Shown: piece after piece, positions 18,362-26,710 of the stretch
Position numbering within the stretch: position 1 is the first letter of the stretch
Layout of the letters: every line of letters begins with the position of its first letter
The notes under the pieces: generated by a model
Databases searched by the model: none
Told to the model about the DNA's origin: nothing
The model's input: the letters and a program-made list of their open reading frames with translations, nothing else
Position numbers and translations under genes: made by a program
Assembly (NCBI GenBank): GCA_016210325.1
Contig: JACQUK010000134.1
Location: 1-51,197 of the forward strand
DNA length: 51,197 nt
Direction: 5' to 3'
Source: Chloroflexota bacterium
GTDB taxonomy: Bacteria; Chloroflexota; Dehalococcoidia; Lucifugimonadales; HRBIN23

Positions 18362-19297
18362 ATGGGCACCCCGACGGGAAACAGCATGCAGGTCAGTGCC
18401 TCCCTGGGCCAGATGGTGGACACCGCCAGGCGGCGGGAATGGCTGCGGAGGACGCTCAGACGCCTGAAGCTGCCCATCACCGGCTGGGTCAGCCTCCTCA
18501 TCCTGGTTGTCCTGGTCCTGGCTGCCATTCTAGCGCCGTTCATCTCGCCCTACGACCCCCTGGAGCAGTCCCTGGCCGACCGTTTGAGCCCCCCGTTGAC
18601 CCGCACCGCTGACGGCCTGTTCTTCCCCCTGGGCACAGACCGCCTTGGAAGGGATTTCCTGAGCCGCATGTTCTATGGCGCCCGCATTTCTCTCAGCCTG
18701 GCTTTTGCTGTCGTAGTGGGTGGGACACTGGTGGGCGTAGCAGTTGGCCTGGTTTCCGGGTTCTTCGGAAAGACGGTGGACCAGGCCCTGATGACCATCG
18801 TGGACATCCAGCTCAGCATCCCCAGCATCCTGCTGGCGATTGCCCTGCTGGCGGTGTTGGGGTCCAGCATCCCAACCCTGCTGGTCGTCCTCATCATCAG
18901 CCGGTGGATTGCCCATGCCCGCGCAGTGCGGGGACAGGTCATGTCCCTCAAGGAGAAGGAGTACATCGAGGCGGCCAGGGCCGTTGGGGCCTCCAATGCG
19001 CGGATTGTGCTGCGCCACCTGCTGCCCAACACCATGTCCATTGTGCTGGTGCTGGCGACCCTCCAGTTCGCCGATGTCATTGTGCTGGAGGCCAGCCTGA
19101 GCTTTCTGGGCCTGGGGGTCCAGCCGCCGACCCCTAGCTGGGGCGGTGAGCTGCAACAGGGGCGGGCCTTCATGCAGACCGCCTGGTGGCTTAGCACCTT
19201 CCCCGGCATTGCCCTGATGCTGGTGACGCTGAGCATGAACCGCCTGGGAGACTGGCTTCGTGATGTTCTCGACCCAGCCCTGCGCGGGTCGCTATAG
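18362..19297 (+). CDS. ABC permease, DppC/OppC-like
   Basis: LGTDRLGRD, EYIEAARAVGA, LSFLGLGVQPPTPSWG. Confidence 0.95.
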   Translation: MGTPTGNSMQVSASLGQMVDTARRREWLRRTLRRLKLPITGWVSLLILVVLVLAAILAPFISPYDPLEQSLADRLSPPLTRTADGLFFPLGTDRLGRDFLSRMFYGARISLSLAFAVVVGGTLVGVAVGLVSGFFGKTVDQALMTIVDIQLSIPSILLAIALLAVLGSSIPTLLVVLIISRWIAHARAVRGQVMSLKEKEYIEAARAVGASNARIVLRHLLPNTMSIVLVLATLQFADVIVLEASLSFLGLGVQPPTPSWGGELQQGRAFMQTAWWLSTFPGIALMLVTLSMNRLGDWLRDVLDPALRGSL

Positions 19298-19332
19298 AGA
19301 CAGCTCTTTGACCTGAGCAAAAAGGAGGACGA

Positions 19333-20313
19333 GTGAGTCAGCGCATTGAGAAGCTGTTGCCGCCGCAACTGGTCCAGAGCCGGGGGGAAACCCGCGACTA
19401 CAACATGATGAGCACCTGGATCAGGCCCTGGGACTACCAGGAGGAACTGGACGTCGGCATTATCGGACTGCCCCAGACCCTCTCTCACGGCTTTCAGGGG
19501 ACCTTCATGGGCCCCAACGCGGTCCGGGAGACCTTTGCCACCTTTGGCACGCGCAGTTTCGACTTTGATGTTGACGTGGCGGACCTGAAGGTCCGGGACG
19601 TCGGCGACGTGAAGCTGCACCCCACCAGTGTGGTGGAGACCCATGCCAACTTCGAGAGCGCCCTGGCCGATGTCTATAAGCAGCGCCCCAACTTCATCCC
19701 TATCCTCCTGGGCGGCCACCATGCGGTGGCTGCGCCATCGGTGCGCGGGTTCAAGAAGGGGCACGGTGGATTCAAAGTGGGCCTCATTGACTTCGACGCC
19801 CACAACGACCTGCGGGACCCGACCTACGAGGGACCCAGCGGCGGCACGCCCTTCCGCCAGCTCATTGACCAGGGGTACGTTGATGGCCGCAATGCTGTCC
19901 AGGTGGGGCTGCACGGGTTCCTGAGCTCCTCGGTGCTCAAGGAGTACGCTGACAAGCGCGGCCTGCGCATGGTCTCGGCGCGGGAGGTACGGGCCCGCGG
20001 CATCATCAAAGTCGTGGAGGAGGCGATAGCCCAGGCCTCGGACGGGACGGATGCCATCTACATCTCCTTTGACATGGATGCCATTGAGGCGGCGCTGGCC
20101 CCAGGGACAGTTGCCCACACGCCTGGCGGACTCATGCTGGGCGACGTCTTCGAAGCCCTCCACCTTCTGGGTCAGACGCCCAAGGTGATGGCTATGGACA
20201 TCGTGGAGATGGACCCCCTGCGCGACCTGCGCGGCATGACCCCCAGGGTGGGCTGCATGATGCTGATGTCCTTCCTGGCAGGGCTCCACCAGCGCAAGAA
20301 GCTGTACCGGTAA
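19333..20313 (+). CDS. Ureohydrolase U1, formimidoylglutamase (HutG)-like, metal site intact
   Basis: GGHH, DFDAHND, GPSGGTPFRQL, SFDMD. Confidence 0.9.
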   Translation: MSQRIEKLLPPQLVQSRGETRDYNMMSTWIRPWDYQEELDVGIIGLPQTLSHGFQGTFMGPNAVRETFATFGTRSFDFDVDVADLKVRDVGDVKLHPTSVVETHANFESALADVYKQRPNFIPILLGGHHAVAAPSVRGFKKGHGGFKVGLIDFDAHNDLRDPTYEGPSGGTPFRQLIDQGYVDGRNAVQVGLHGFLSSSVLKEYADKRGLRMVSAREVRARGIIKVVEEAIAQASDGTDAIYISFDMDAIEAALAPGTVAHTPGGLMLGDVFEALHLLGQTPKVMAMDIVEMDPLRDLRGMTPRVGCMMLMSFLAGLHQRKKLYR

Positions 20314-20323
20314 GGAGGGAGCG

Positions 20324-21298
20324 GTGACTACCAAGACCATCGAGTTCCTGGGCCCACCGCAGATCATCCGCCTGAACCAACTGGAGGGGCAGAAGGAGCG
20401 CCGGGTCAGCAACTGGATCACGGCCTGGGACTTCAGCGAGGCCATTGACGTGGGCATCGTGGGGGTCCCGCTGTCCAAGGCGGGGCACCTGCCCGCCGGA
20501 GTTGACTCCACCCCCAACGCCATTCGCAAGGCCTTCATCTACTTCACCACCTACGACCCGGACCTGGGGGTAGACATCCAGTCGCTAAAGGTCCGCTACG
20601 TGGGGGACGTCCGACTCCACGCCACGGACCTCGTGGAGAACAACCGGCGCATTGAGCAGGCCATGAAAGAGGTCTTTGGCCTCACGGGCAGGGTAGTGAC
20701 GGTCATCATGGGCGGCGATGGCTCCATCACCGCGCCGGTGGTCAGGGGGATGGCCGCCGCCACCAAGCAGAAGATCGGCCTGGTGTGGTTCGACTCCCGG
20801 GCCGACAGCCGCGACGTGGCCGAGGGCGGGCAAAGCGACGTGACCCCTCTGCGCAACATCCTGGAGGCCGGCGTCGTGCAGGGGAGCAGCACCGCCGTGG
20901 TGGGTCTCCACGGGTTCGCCAGCTCAATGGAAGAGCACGGGTGGGCGGCGGGCCAGGGCGTCACGCTGATTACCGCACGGCAGGCCCGCAAAGAGGGCAT
21001 CGCCAACGTCACTCAACGGGCACTGGAAGTGGCCTCCAAGGGCACCGACGCGGTGTACGTCAGCGTGGATGGCACCGTGCTGGACATGTCCTCCAGCGCC
21101 TCTCACCTGGCAACGGTGCCGGGGGGGCTGTCCTGGCTGGAGGTGCAGGAAGCACTGTTCCTGCTGGGACAGGGCACCAGGGTCAAGGCCCTGGACATCA
21201 CCGCAATAGACACCTATGACGACATCAAGGAGGTTGTTGCCAGGACCAGCGCCGGACTGCTGCTGGCCTTCCTGGCGGGAGTCAAGCTTCGCAAATAG
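20324..21298 (+). CDS. Ureohydrolase-fold U2, HutG-like, degenerate metal site
   Basis: GVPLSK N-terminal motif; GGDG, FDSRAD and SVDGT replace GGDH, DAHxD and DxD. Confidence 0.85.
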   Translation: MTTKTIEFLGPPQIIRLNQLEGQKERRVSNWITAWDFSEAIDVGIVGVPLSKAGHLPAGVDSTPNAIRKAFIYFTTYDPDLGVDIQSLKVRYVGDVRLHATDLVENNRRIEQAMKEVFGLTGRVVTVIMGGDGSITAPVVRGMAAATKQKIGLVWFDSRADSRDVAEGGQSDVTPLRNILEAGVVQGSSTAVVGLHGFASSMEEHGWAAGQGVTLITARQARKEGIANVTQRALEVASKGTDAVYVSVDGTVLDMSSSASHLATVPGGLSWLEVQEALFLLGQGTRVKALDITAIDTYDDIKEVVARTSAGLLLAFLAGVKLRK

Positions 21299-21331
21299 GG
21301 TGGCCACGGAAGCCACGATGAGGAGGATACT

Positions 21332-22255
21332 ATGGCAGCGCCGGCAGGGGAGCGAGTTGTTTACCTGAATGGCAAGTTTGTCCCCGAGAGCCAGGCGACG
21401 GTCTCGATCTCTGACCACGGGTTCACCCACGGCGACGCCGCCTTCGACACCATGCGGACCTTCAAAGGCAAGGTTTTCAAGCTCAAGGAGCATGTGGAGC
21501 GACTATACCGCTCGTGCAAGTACGCCGGCATAGACCCCGGTATCTCCCAGGGGGAGATGTCACGTCTGACGGACGAGGTGGTGGAGCGCAACAAGCACCT
21601 GCTGGGCCCCAGCGACGACTTCTGGGTGACCCAGCGAGTCACGCGCGGGGTCCCCTCGGCGCGGCCCGGCGAGAAGGAGCAGCCCACCATCATCATCCTG
21701 TGCCGGCCACTGCCGTGGGAGCGGGCCAAGTTCTACCAGACGGGTATCAGCATGAGGACTTCGCCCATCCGCCGAACACCCCCACAGTACCTGGACCCCC
21801 GGGCCAAGCTCCAGAACTACCTGAACCAGGTGATGGCCGAGATGCTGGCCAAGCAGGGAGACCCGGACGTCTGGAGCCTGCTGCTGGATGAGAACGGCAA
21901 TGTGGCCGAAGGCTCCGGCTACAACTTCTTCATCGTGCGGGATGGGAGGGTCATCACCTCCCACGAGCGCTACGTCCTGGGGGGCATCAGCCGCCAGACA
22001 ACGATGGAGATCTGCCAGGAACTGAACATCCCGGCCGCAGAGATGGACTTCAACCTCTACGATGTGTATACCGCTGACGAGGCGTTCATCACCGCCACCA
22101 GCGTCTGCCTGCTGCCGGTGCGCTCCGTTGACACCCGGACCATTGGGGATGGGGCCATCCCCGGCTCCATCACAGGGCGTATTCTCGGCACGTGGAGCGG
22201 GATGGTGGGCGTGGACATCGCGGGACAGTACCTGGCCCACATCAAGAGCGCCTGA
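21332..22255 (+). CDS. Fold-type IV PLP aminotransferase (IlvE/Dat-like)
   Basis: DHGFTHGDAAFDT, HVERL, RAKLQNY PLP lysine, EGSGYNFF, LGGISR, ADEAFIT. Confidence 0.9.
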   Translation: MAAPAGERVVYLNGKFVPESQATVSISDHGFTHGDAAFDTMRTFKGKVFKLKEHVERLYRSCKYAGIDPGISQGEMSRLTDEVVERNKHLLGPSDDFWVTQRVTRGVPSARPGEKEQPTIIILCRPLPWERAKFYQTGISMRTSPIRRTPPQYLDPRAKLQNYLNQVMAEMLAKQGDPDVWSLLLDENGNVAEGSGYNFFIVRDGRVITSHERYVLGGISRQTTMEICQELNIPAAEMDFNLYDVYTADEAFITATSVCLLPVRSVDTRTIGDGAIPGSITGRILGTWSGMVGVDIAGQYLAHIKSA

Positions 22256-22277
22256 GGAAGGGCGTCCGGAGGTGCCT

Positions 22278-23258
22278 GTGTACACGCGGGAGCTATTGCC
22301 GTCCTTCGCAGGGGTATCGAGCTTTCTGCGGGCACCGTGGGGCACGGCCCGCCAGGTCCGGCCCGGGGCCGTGGCGGTGCTCGGTGCTCCCCATGACGCC
22401 ACCTCCAGCGCACGTCAGGGTGCCCGCTACGGCCCCAAAGCTATCAGAGAGGCCTCCGCCGATTTCGTCTACGACCTCCAGGCCTCGGAGACCCATACCT
22501 TGGTGGACATCGAGACGGGAAAGCAGCTCCGGCTCCCGACTGGTGGCAAGGTAGTAGACCTTGGTGATGCGCCCCTTTACCCCCTCAGCCTGGCCCGCAG
22601 CATGGCATCGCTGCGGAACATCGCGGCCCAAGTGGTCCACCGCGGCGCCTTCCTGGTGGCCCTTGGCGGCGACGCCTTCATCACCTACCCGCTGCTCCAG
22701 GGTGTGGCCCGTGCCCTGGGGCAGGGCGCCGCGCTGGGGTACATCCAGGTGTCCAGCCAGTTTAACCTGGCCGACGCCGACGCGGCCTGGGGCAAGAACT
22801 GGCACGGCGCCACGGCCCGCCGGCTCCTGGAACTGGACCTGGTGAAGCCCCAGAACATGGCCTTCCTCGGCGTCTCCGGCTACGCCCTGGCAGAGGAGTG
22901 GGAGCTGGCCCAAGCTAAAGGGATGAAGGTGGTCACCGTGGAGGCGGTGGGCAAGCTGGGGGCCACACGGGCGGCAGAGGAGGCAGTGGCGGCAGCCGGC
23001 GCCGGGTGCGGGGCCATCTACCTGAGCGTGGACATCGGGGCGGTAGATACCGGCTACGCCCCTGGCCGAGGCGAGGTGGTCATCGGTGGCATGACGCCCC
23101 GAGAGCTGTTGGAGACCATGCGTGCTCTTTCCAAAGTCACCACTCTCCGGGCCATGGACATGGTGGAGGTGGCGCCCACGGTGGACCCCAGCGGCCGTGC
23201 TCAGCGGCTGGCGGCGGAAGCGGTCATCGAGCTCATCAGCCCCAGAGCGCTGGCCTGA
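22278..23258 (+). CDS. Ureohydrolase-fold U3, agmatinase-like, degenerate metal site
   Basis: GAPHD...GARYGP; GGDA, QVSSQFN, SVDIG. Confidence 0.85.
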   Translation: MYTRELLPSFAGVSSFLRAPWGTARQVRPGAVAVLGAPHDATSSARQGARYGPKAIREASADFVYDLQASETHTLVDIETGKQLRLPTGGKVVDLGDAPLYPLSLARSMASLRNIAAQVVHRGAFLVALGGDAFITYPLLQGVARALGQGAALGYIQVSSQFNLADADAAWGKNWHGATARRLLELDLVKPQNMAFLGVSGYALAEEWELAQAKGMKVVTVEAVGKLGATRAAEEAVAAAGAGCGAIYLSVDIGAVDTGYAPGRGEVVIGGMTPRELLETMRALSKVTTLRAMDMVEVAPTVDPSGRAQRLAAEAVIELISPRALA

Positions 23259-23282
23259 GGCTGAGGCGTGGGAGGCTGAAGC

Positions 23283-24299
23283 ATGCCTCTGAACAAGGAC
23301 CCCCTGCCCATGTTCGCCGGCATCCTCACCTTCTTGCGGGTGCCCCACGGGGACCTCGAGGACCTGCAAGAGGGGATGATAGCCATCGCAGGGGTCACCT
23401 ACGACCTCTCCAACACCGCCCGCATCGGCTCCCGCTTCGGCCCGCGAAACATGCGGGAGACCTCCACCTTCTATGCGGGCAGCATCGAGACCGGCAGCGA
23501 GGTCATCGAGGTCACCACCAAGGAGGTGGTGCGCTACAATCCGAAGCCCCGGATGCTGGACCTGGGCGACCTCAACGTGTACCCCGTGGACTGGCCCAAG
23601 ACCGAGGCATCCCTCCGGCGGGCCATGCGCGAGATCACGCGACGGGGCGCCTTCCCCGTCATCCTGGGGGGCGATAACTTCATCACCACCGCCCTGATTC
23701 AAGGCTACAAGGATGCGGTGGTAGCAAAAGGTGGCCGGAGGGTGGGGTACATCCAGCTTTCCCGCAATCTTGACTTGGGGAAAGAGGACCCTGTGTGGGG
23801 CAACGTGTGGCGGGGCGCCACTGCTCGCCAAATTATCGAGATGGGTGCTGTGGACCCCCGCAACATGGTCTGGGTCGGGCCTCACGGCTACGTGCGGGCC
23901 GAGGAGTGGGTCTACGCGCAGGAGCTGAACGCACGGGTGTTTACCCTGAAGGACATCCGCAAACAGGGCATCCTGCCGGTGATGCGCCAGGCTGTAGACA
24001 TCGCGGGTGCAGGCTGCGATGGCATCTACGTGAGCGTTGACCTGGACGTAGTGGACGGCTGCTACACCGCCGGCACCGCGGTCCCGAACCTGGACGGGGT
24101 CCGCGATGTGGAGCTGGTGGACGCCATGGACGTGCTGTGGGATGCCAAGGTTGGCGCAGTGGGGGTGGTGGGGGTGAACCCAACGGTGGAGTTCGTGTAC
24201 CACACCAGTCAGCGCATCGCGGTCACCGCCATTCTGCGGCTCATTGCCCCGCGGATTGCTGCGGTCTCGCCCACGCCTTCCGTTCCAGCCCGAACCTAG
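23283..24299 (+). CDS. Ureohydrolase-fold U4, agmatinase-like, degenerate metal site
   Basis: GSRFGP; GGDN, QLSRNLD, WRGAT; SVDLD retained. Confidence 0.85.
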   Translation: MPLNKDPLPMFAGILTFLRVPHGDLEDLQEGMIAIAGVTYDLSNTARIGSRFGPRNMRETSTFYAGSIETGSEVIEVTTKEVVRYNPKPRMLDLGDLNVYPVDWPKTEASLRRAMREITRRGAFPVILGGDNFITTALIQGYKDAVVAKGGRRVGYIQLSRNLDLGKEDPVWGNVWRGATARQIIEMGAVDPRNMVWVGPHGYVRAEEWVYAQELNARVFTLKDIRKQGILPVMRQAVDIAGAGCDGIYVSVDLDVVDGCYTAGTAVPNLDGVRDVELVDAMDVLWDAKVGAVGVVGVNPTVEFVYHTSQRIAVTAILRLIAPRIAAVSPTPSVPART

Positions 24300-24324
24300 A
24301 ACAGCCGAGAAAGGGGGCTGACCC

Positions 24325-25314
24325 ATGGTGGCAGGAAGACCGGGACCCTGGTATGAAGGCGCGGCCACCTTCCTGCACGCGCCGATGGTGGACTTTGATA
24401 CACTGAAACCGGGCATGGTGGCGGTGAGCGGCGCTCCCCACGACAGCACCCACTCCACTCGCTTTGGCACGCGGACGGGCCCCAAGGGGGTCCGAGAGGC
24501 CTCTTTGCCCTTGGCCGACAAGCTGCGCAACGCCGGCAAGAAAGGCCTGGTGGACGTGGCCACCGGGGCGCGGCTGGTCATGAAGGATGGTGTGCTGGCC
24601 GACGTGGGCGACGCCAATGTGTACCCCACCGACGTGATGAAGACCACTGAGGGCATCGCCGGCCTGGTCTACGAGGTGGTGAAGCGGGGCGCCTTCTCGG
24701 TATGCCTGGGTGGCGATCACTACGTCGGCTACCCCTCATGCCTTGGCGCTACCCGGGCCATTGTGGAGAAGGACCCCCGGGTGAAAGTGGGCTACATCCA
24801 CGTGGACGGGCACCTGGACTTCACCGACGGCAACCCCATCTTTGGACGGTACAACCACGGCACCAACGCCCGGCGCATCTCCGAGTTGCCCATGGTGTCG
24901 CCCAGTAACATGGCCTGGGTGGGCATCCAGGGGTGGGTCAGCACCGAGCAGTGGGACCTCATCCACAAGAATGGCGCCAAGATCTTCACCCACAAGGACC
25001 TGTGGGAGCTGGGCGCACGAGAGGTGGCCCGCCGCGCCGCCGACCACGCCATCCAGGGTTGCGACTACATCTACGTATCCCTGGACATTGACTGCATTGA
25101 CACCGGCTTCGCGCCCGGCACCGGTGGCGTGGTCATCGGCAGCGTAACCCCGCTGATGTACCTCCAGATCATCGAAGAGCTGGCCAAGTACCCTATCCTG
25201 GCCTTTGACCTGACGGAGGTCACCCCCCGTCTGGACTACACCGAGCGGACGCCGCGGATGGCGGCCGAGGCGGTCCTGCGCTTCATTGGGCGCAAGGTGT
25301 TCGAGATTCACTAG
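24325..25314 (+). CDS. Ureohydrolase U5, agmatinase/guanidinobutyrase-like, all catalytic motifs intact
   Basis: GGDH, HVDGHLD, YNHGT, SLDID, DLTEV. Confidence 0.9.
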   Translation: MVAGRPGPWYEGAATFLHAPMVDFDTLKPGMVAVSGAPHDSTHSTRFGTRTGPKGVREASLPLADKLRNAGKKGLVDVATGARLVMKDGVLADVGDANVYPTDVMKTTEGIAGLVYEVVKRGAFSVCLGGDHYVGYPSCLGATRAIVEKDPRVKVGYIHVDGHLDFTDGNPIFGRYNHGTNARRISELPMVSPSNMAWVGIQGWVSTEQWDLIHKNGAKIFTHKDLWELGAREVARRAADHAIQGCDYIYVSLDIDCIDTGFAPGTGGVVIGSVTPLMYLQIIEELAKYPILAFDLTEVTPRLDYTERTPRMAAEAVLRFIGRKVFEIH

Positions 25315-25331
25315 GGAAGAGGAGGCCCCCG

Positions 25332-26633
25332 ATGGTGAAGAGCGTCGTGCGCGGGCAGGCCAGCAAGGAGCTCTGGGAGATGGCCAGGGAGTTCATCCCG
25401 GGGGCGACCCTGCACCTGCGGGGCCTGCCGGATGAGGTAGCCACGGTCTTTGTCCGCGGCAAGGGGAGCCGCATCTGGGACGTGGACGGCAATGAGTACA
25501 TTGACTATCTGATCGGGGCAGGTCCCCTCATCCTGGGGCATGCCCACCCTGCTGTGGTCCAGGCGGTGAAGGAACGCCTGGAGATGGGCTCCCAGTTCTA
25601 CCAGCTTACCGATGTGGCCATACGACTGGTGAAGAAGATAGTGGAGGCGGTCCCCTGCGCCGAGGCCCTGAAGTTCACCAACTCGGGCAACGAGGCCACC
25701 TATGTGGCCCTGCGGCTGGCGCGAGGCTACACCGGCAAGCCCAAGATCCTGAAGTTCGAGGGCGGCTATCACGGCAGCCACGACTACGCGGCCTGGAGCA
25801 CTACACCATCGGGGCCACCCAACTACCCGAAGGGCGAGCCAGACTCCGACGGGGTGCCCAGCGTGTTGGGCGACCGCGTTCTGGTGGCGCCCTTCAACAA
25901 TACTGACTACGTCTGCTCTCTCATCCGCCAGCACAAGGACGAGTTGGCGGCGGTCATCGTGGAGCCCTTCTTCCGCATCATCAAGCCCAAGCCGGGCTTT
26001 CTGGAGGCCCTGCGACAGAACACCAAGGAGTGCGGTGTGCTGCTGGTCTTCGACGAGGTGGTTACCGGCTTCCGTATCGCCTGGGGGGGTGCCCAGGAGC
26101 TTTATGGCGTCGTCCCTGACTTGGCGACCCTGGGCAAAGCCATCGGCGGCGGGTTCCCCGTGGGTGCCGTGGTGGGCCCCAAGGAGATCATGGGCCGACT
26201 GGACCCGGCACTGAAACCCCAGGGACGGTACGTAATGACCAGCGGCACCTTCAGCGGCAACCCCATCACTGCCACGGCCGGCCTGACCACCCTCAACGAG
26301 CTGGAGAAGCCAGGTACGTACGATGCGCTACGGCGCTCCGGCGAGCGACTCAAGAAAGGCTTCAAGCAGGTCTGCGACCTCCTGGAGACGCCCGCGCAGG
26401 TGCTGGGAGAGGGGCCGATTGTGGACATCCTGTTCACTGACGAGGAGATCGTAGACTACCGCTCCACCATGAGGGCCGACCAGGAGAAGGGGCGCAGGGT
26501 GAGCATCGAGATGATTAAGCGGGGAGTCTTCCGTCCGCCTGGCGGGAAGTTCTACATCTCCAAGGCCCACACGGATGCCGACCTGGACGAGACGGTCAAC
26601 ATCTTCGAGGCTGCCCTGCGCGCGGCGTACTAA
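25332..26633 (+). CDS. Class III PLP aminotransferase (GSA-aminomutase-like subfamily)
   Basis: WDVDGNEYIDY, NSGNEA, FEGGYHG, FDEVVTGFR, LGKAIGGG. Confidence 0.9.
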   Translation: MVKSVVRGQASKELWEMAREFIPGATLHLRGLPDEVATVFVRGKGSRIWDVDGNEYIDYLIGAGPLILGHAHPAVVQAVKERLEMGSQFYQLTDVAIRLVKKIVEAVPCAEALKFTNSGNEATYVALRLARGYTGKPKILKFEGGYHGSHDYAAWSTTPSGPPNYPKGEPDSDGVPSVLGDRVLVAPFNNTDYVCSLIRQHKDELAAVIVEPFFRIIKPKPGFLEALRQNTKECGVLLVFDEVVTGFRIAWGGAQELYGVVPDLATLGKAIGGGFPVGAVVGPKEIMGRLDPALKPQGRYVMTSGTFSGNPITATAGLTTLNELEKPGTYDALRRSGERLKKGFKQVCDLLETPAQVLGEGPIVDILFTDEEIVDYRSTMRADQEKGRRVSIEMIKRGVFRPPGGKFYISKAHTDADLDETVNIFEAALRAAY

Positions 26634-26710
26634 GGCTCTATATCCATCGGCTGCACACACTTCGCATGGCACCTCTCTATGCTGGTGAAAAGGGAAAGAG
26701 GCGCTGAGCC

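Noticed and set aside
19333-21298. Histidine utilisation (hut) operon
   Set aside because: U1, U2 and U6 are HutG-like, but hutH, hutU and hutI are absent from the window, so the hutG symbol was not assigned.
20324-24299. Degenerate ureohydrolases as pseudogenes
   Set aside because: Full-length uninterrupted ORFs with RBS-like sites; changes are concentrated at metal ligands and conserved between U4 and U7.
25332-26633. hemL
   Set aside because: Lacks the GGVNSPVR segment and has no tetrapyrrole gene context.
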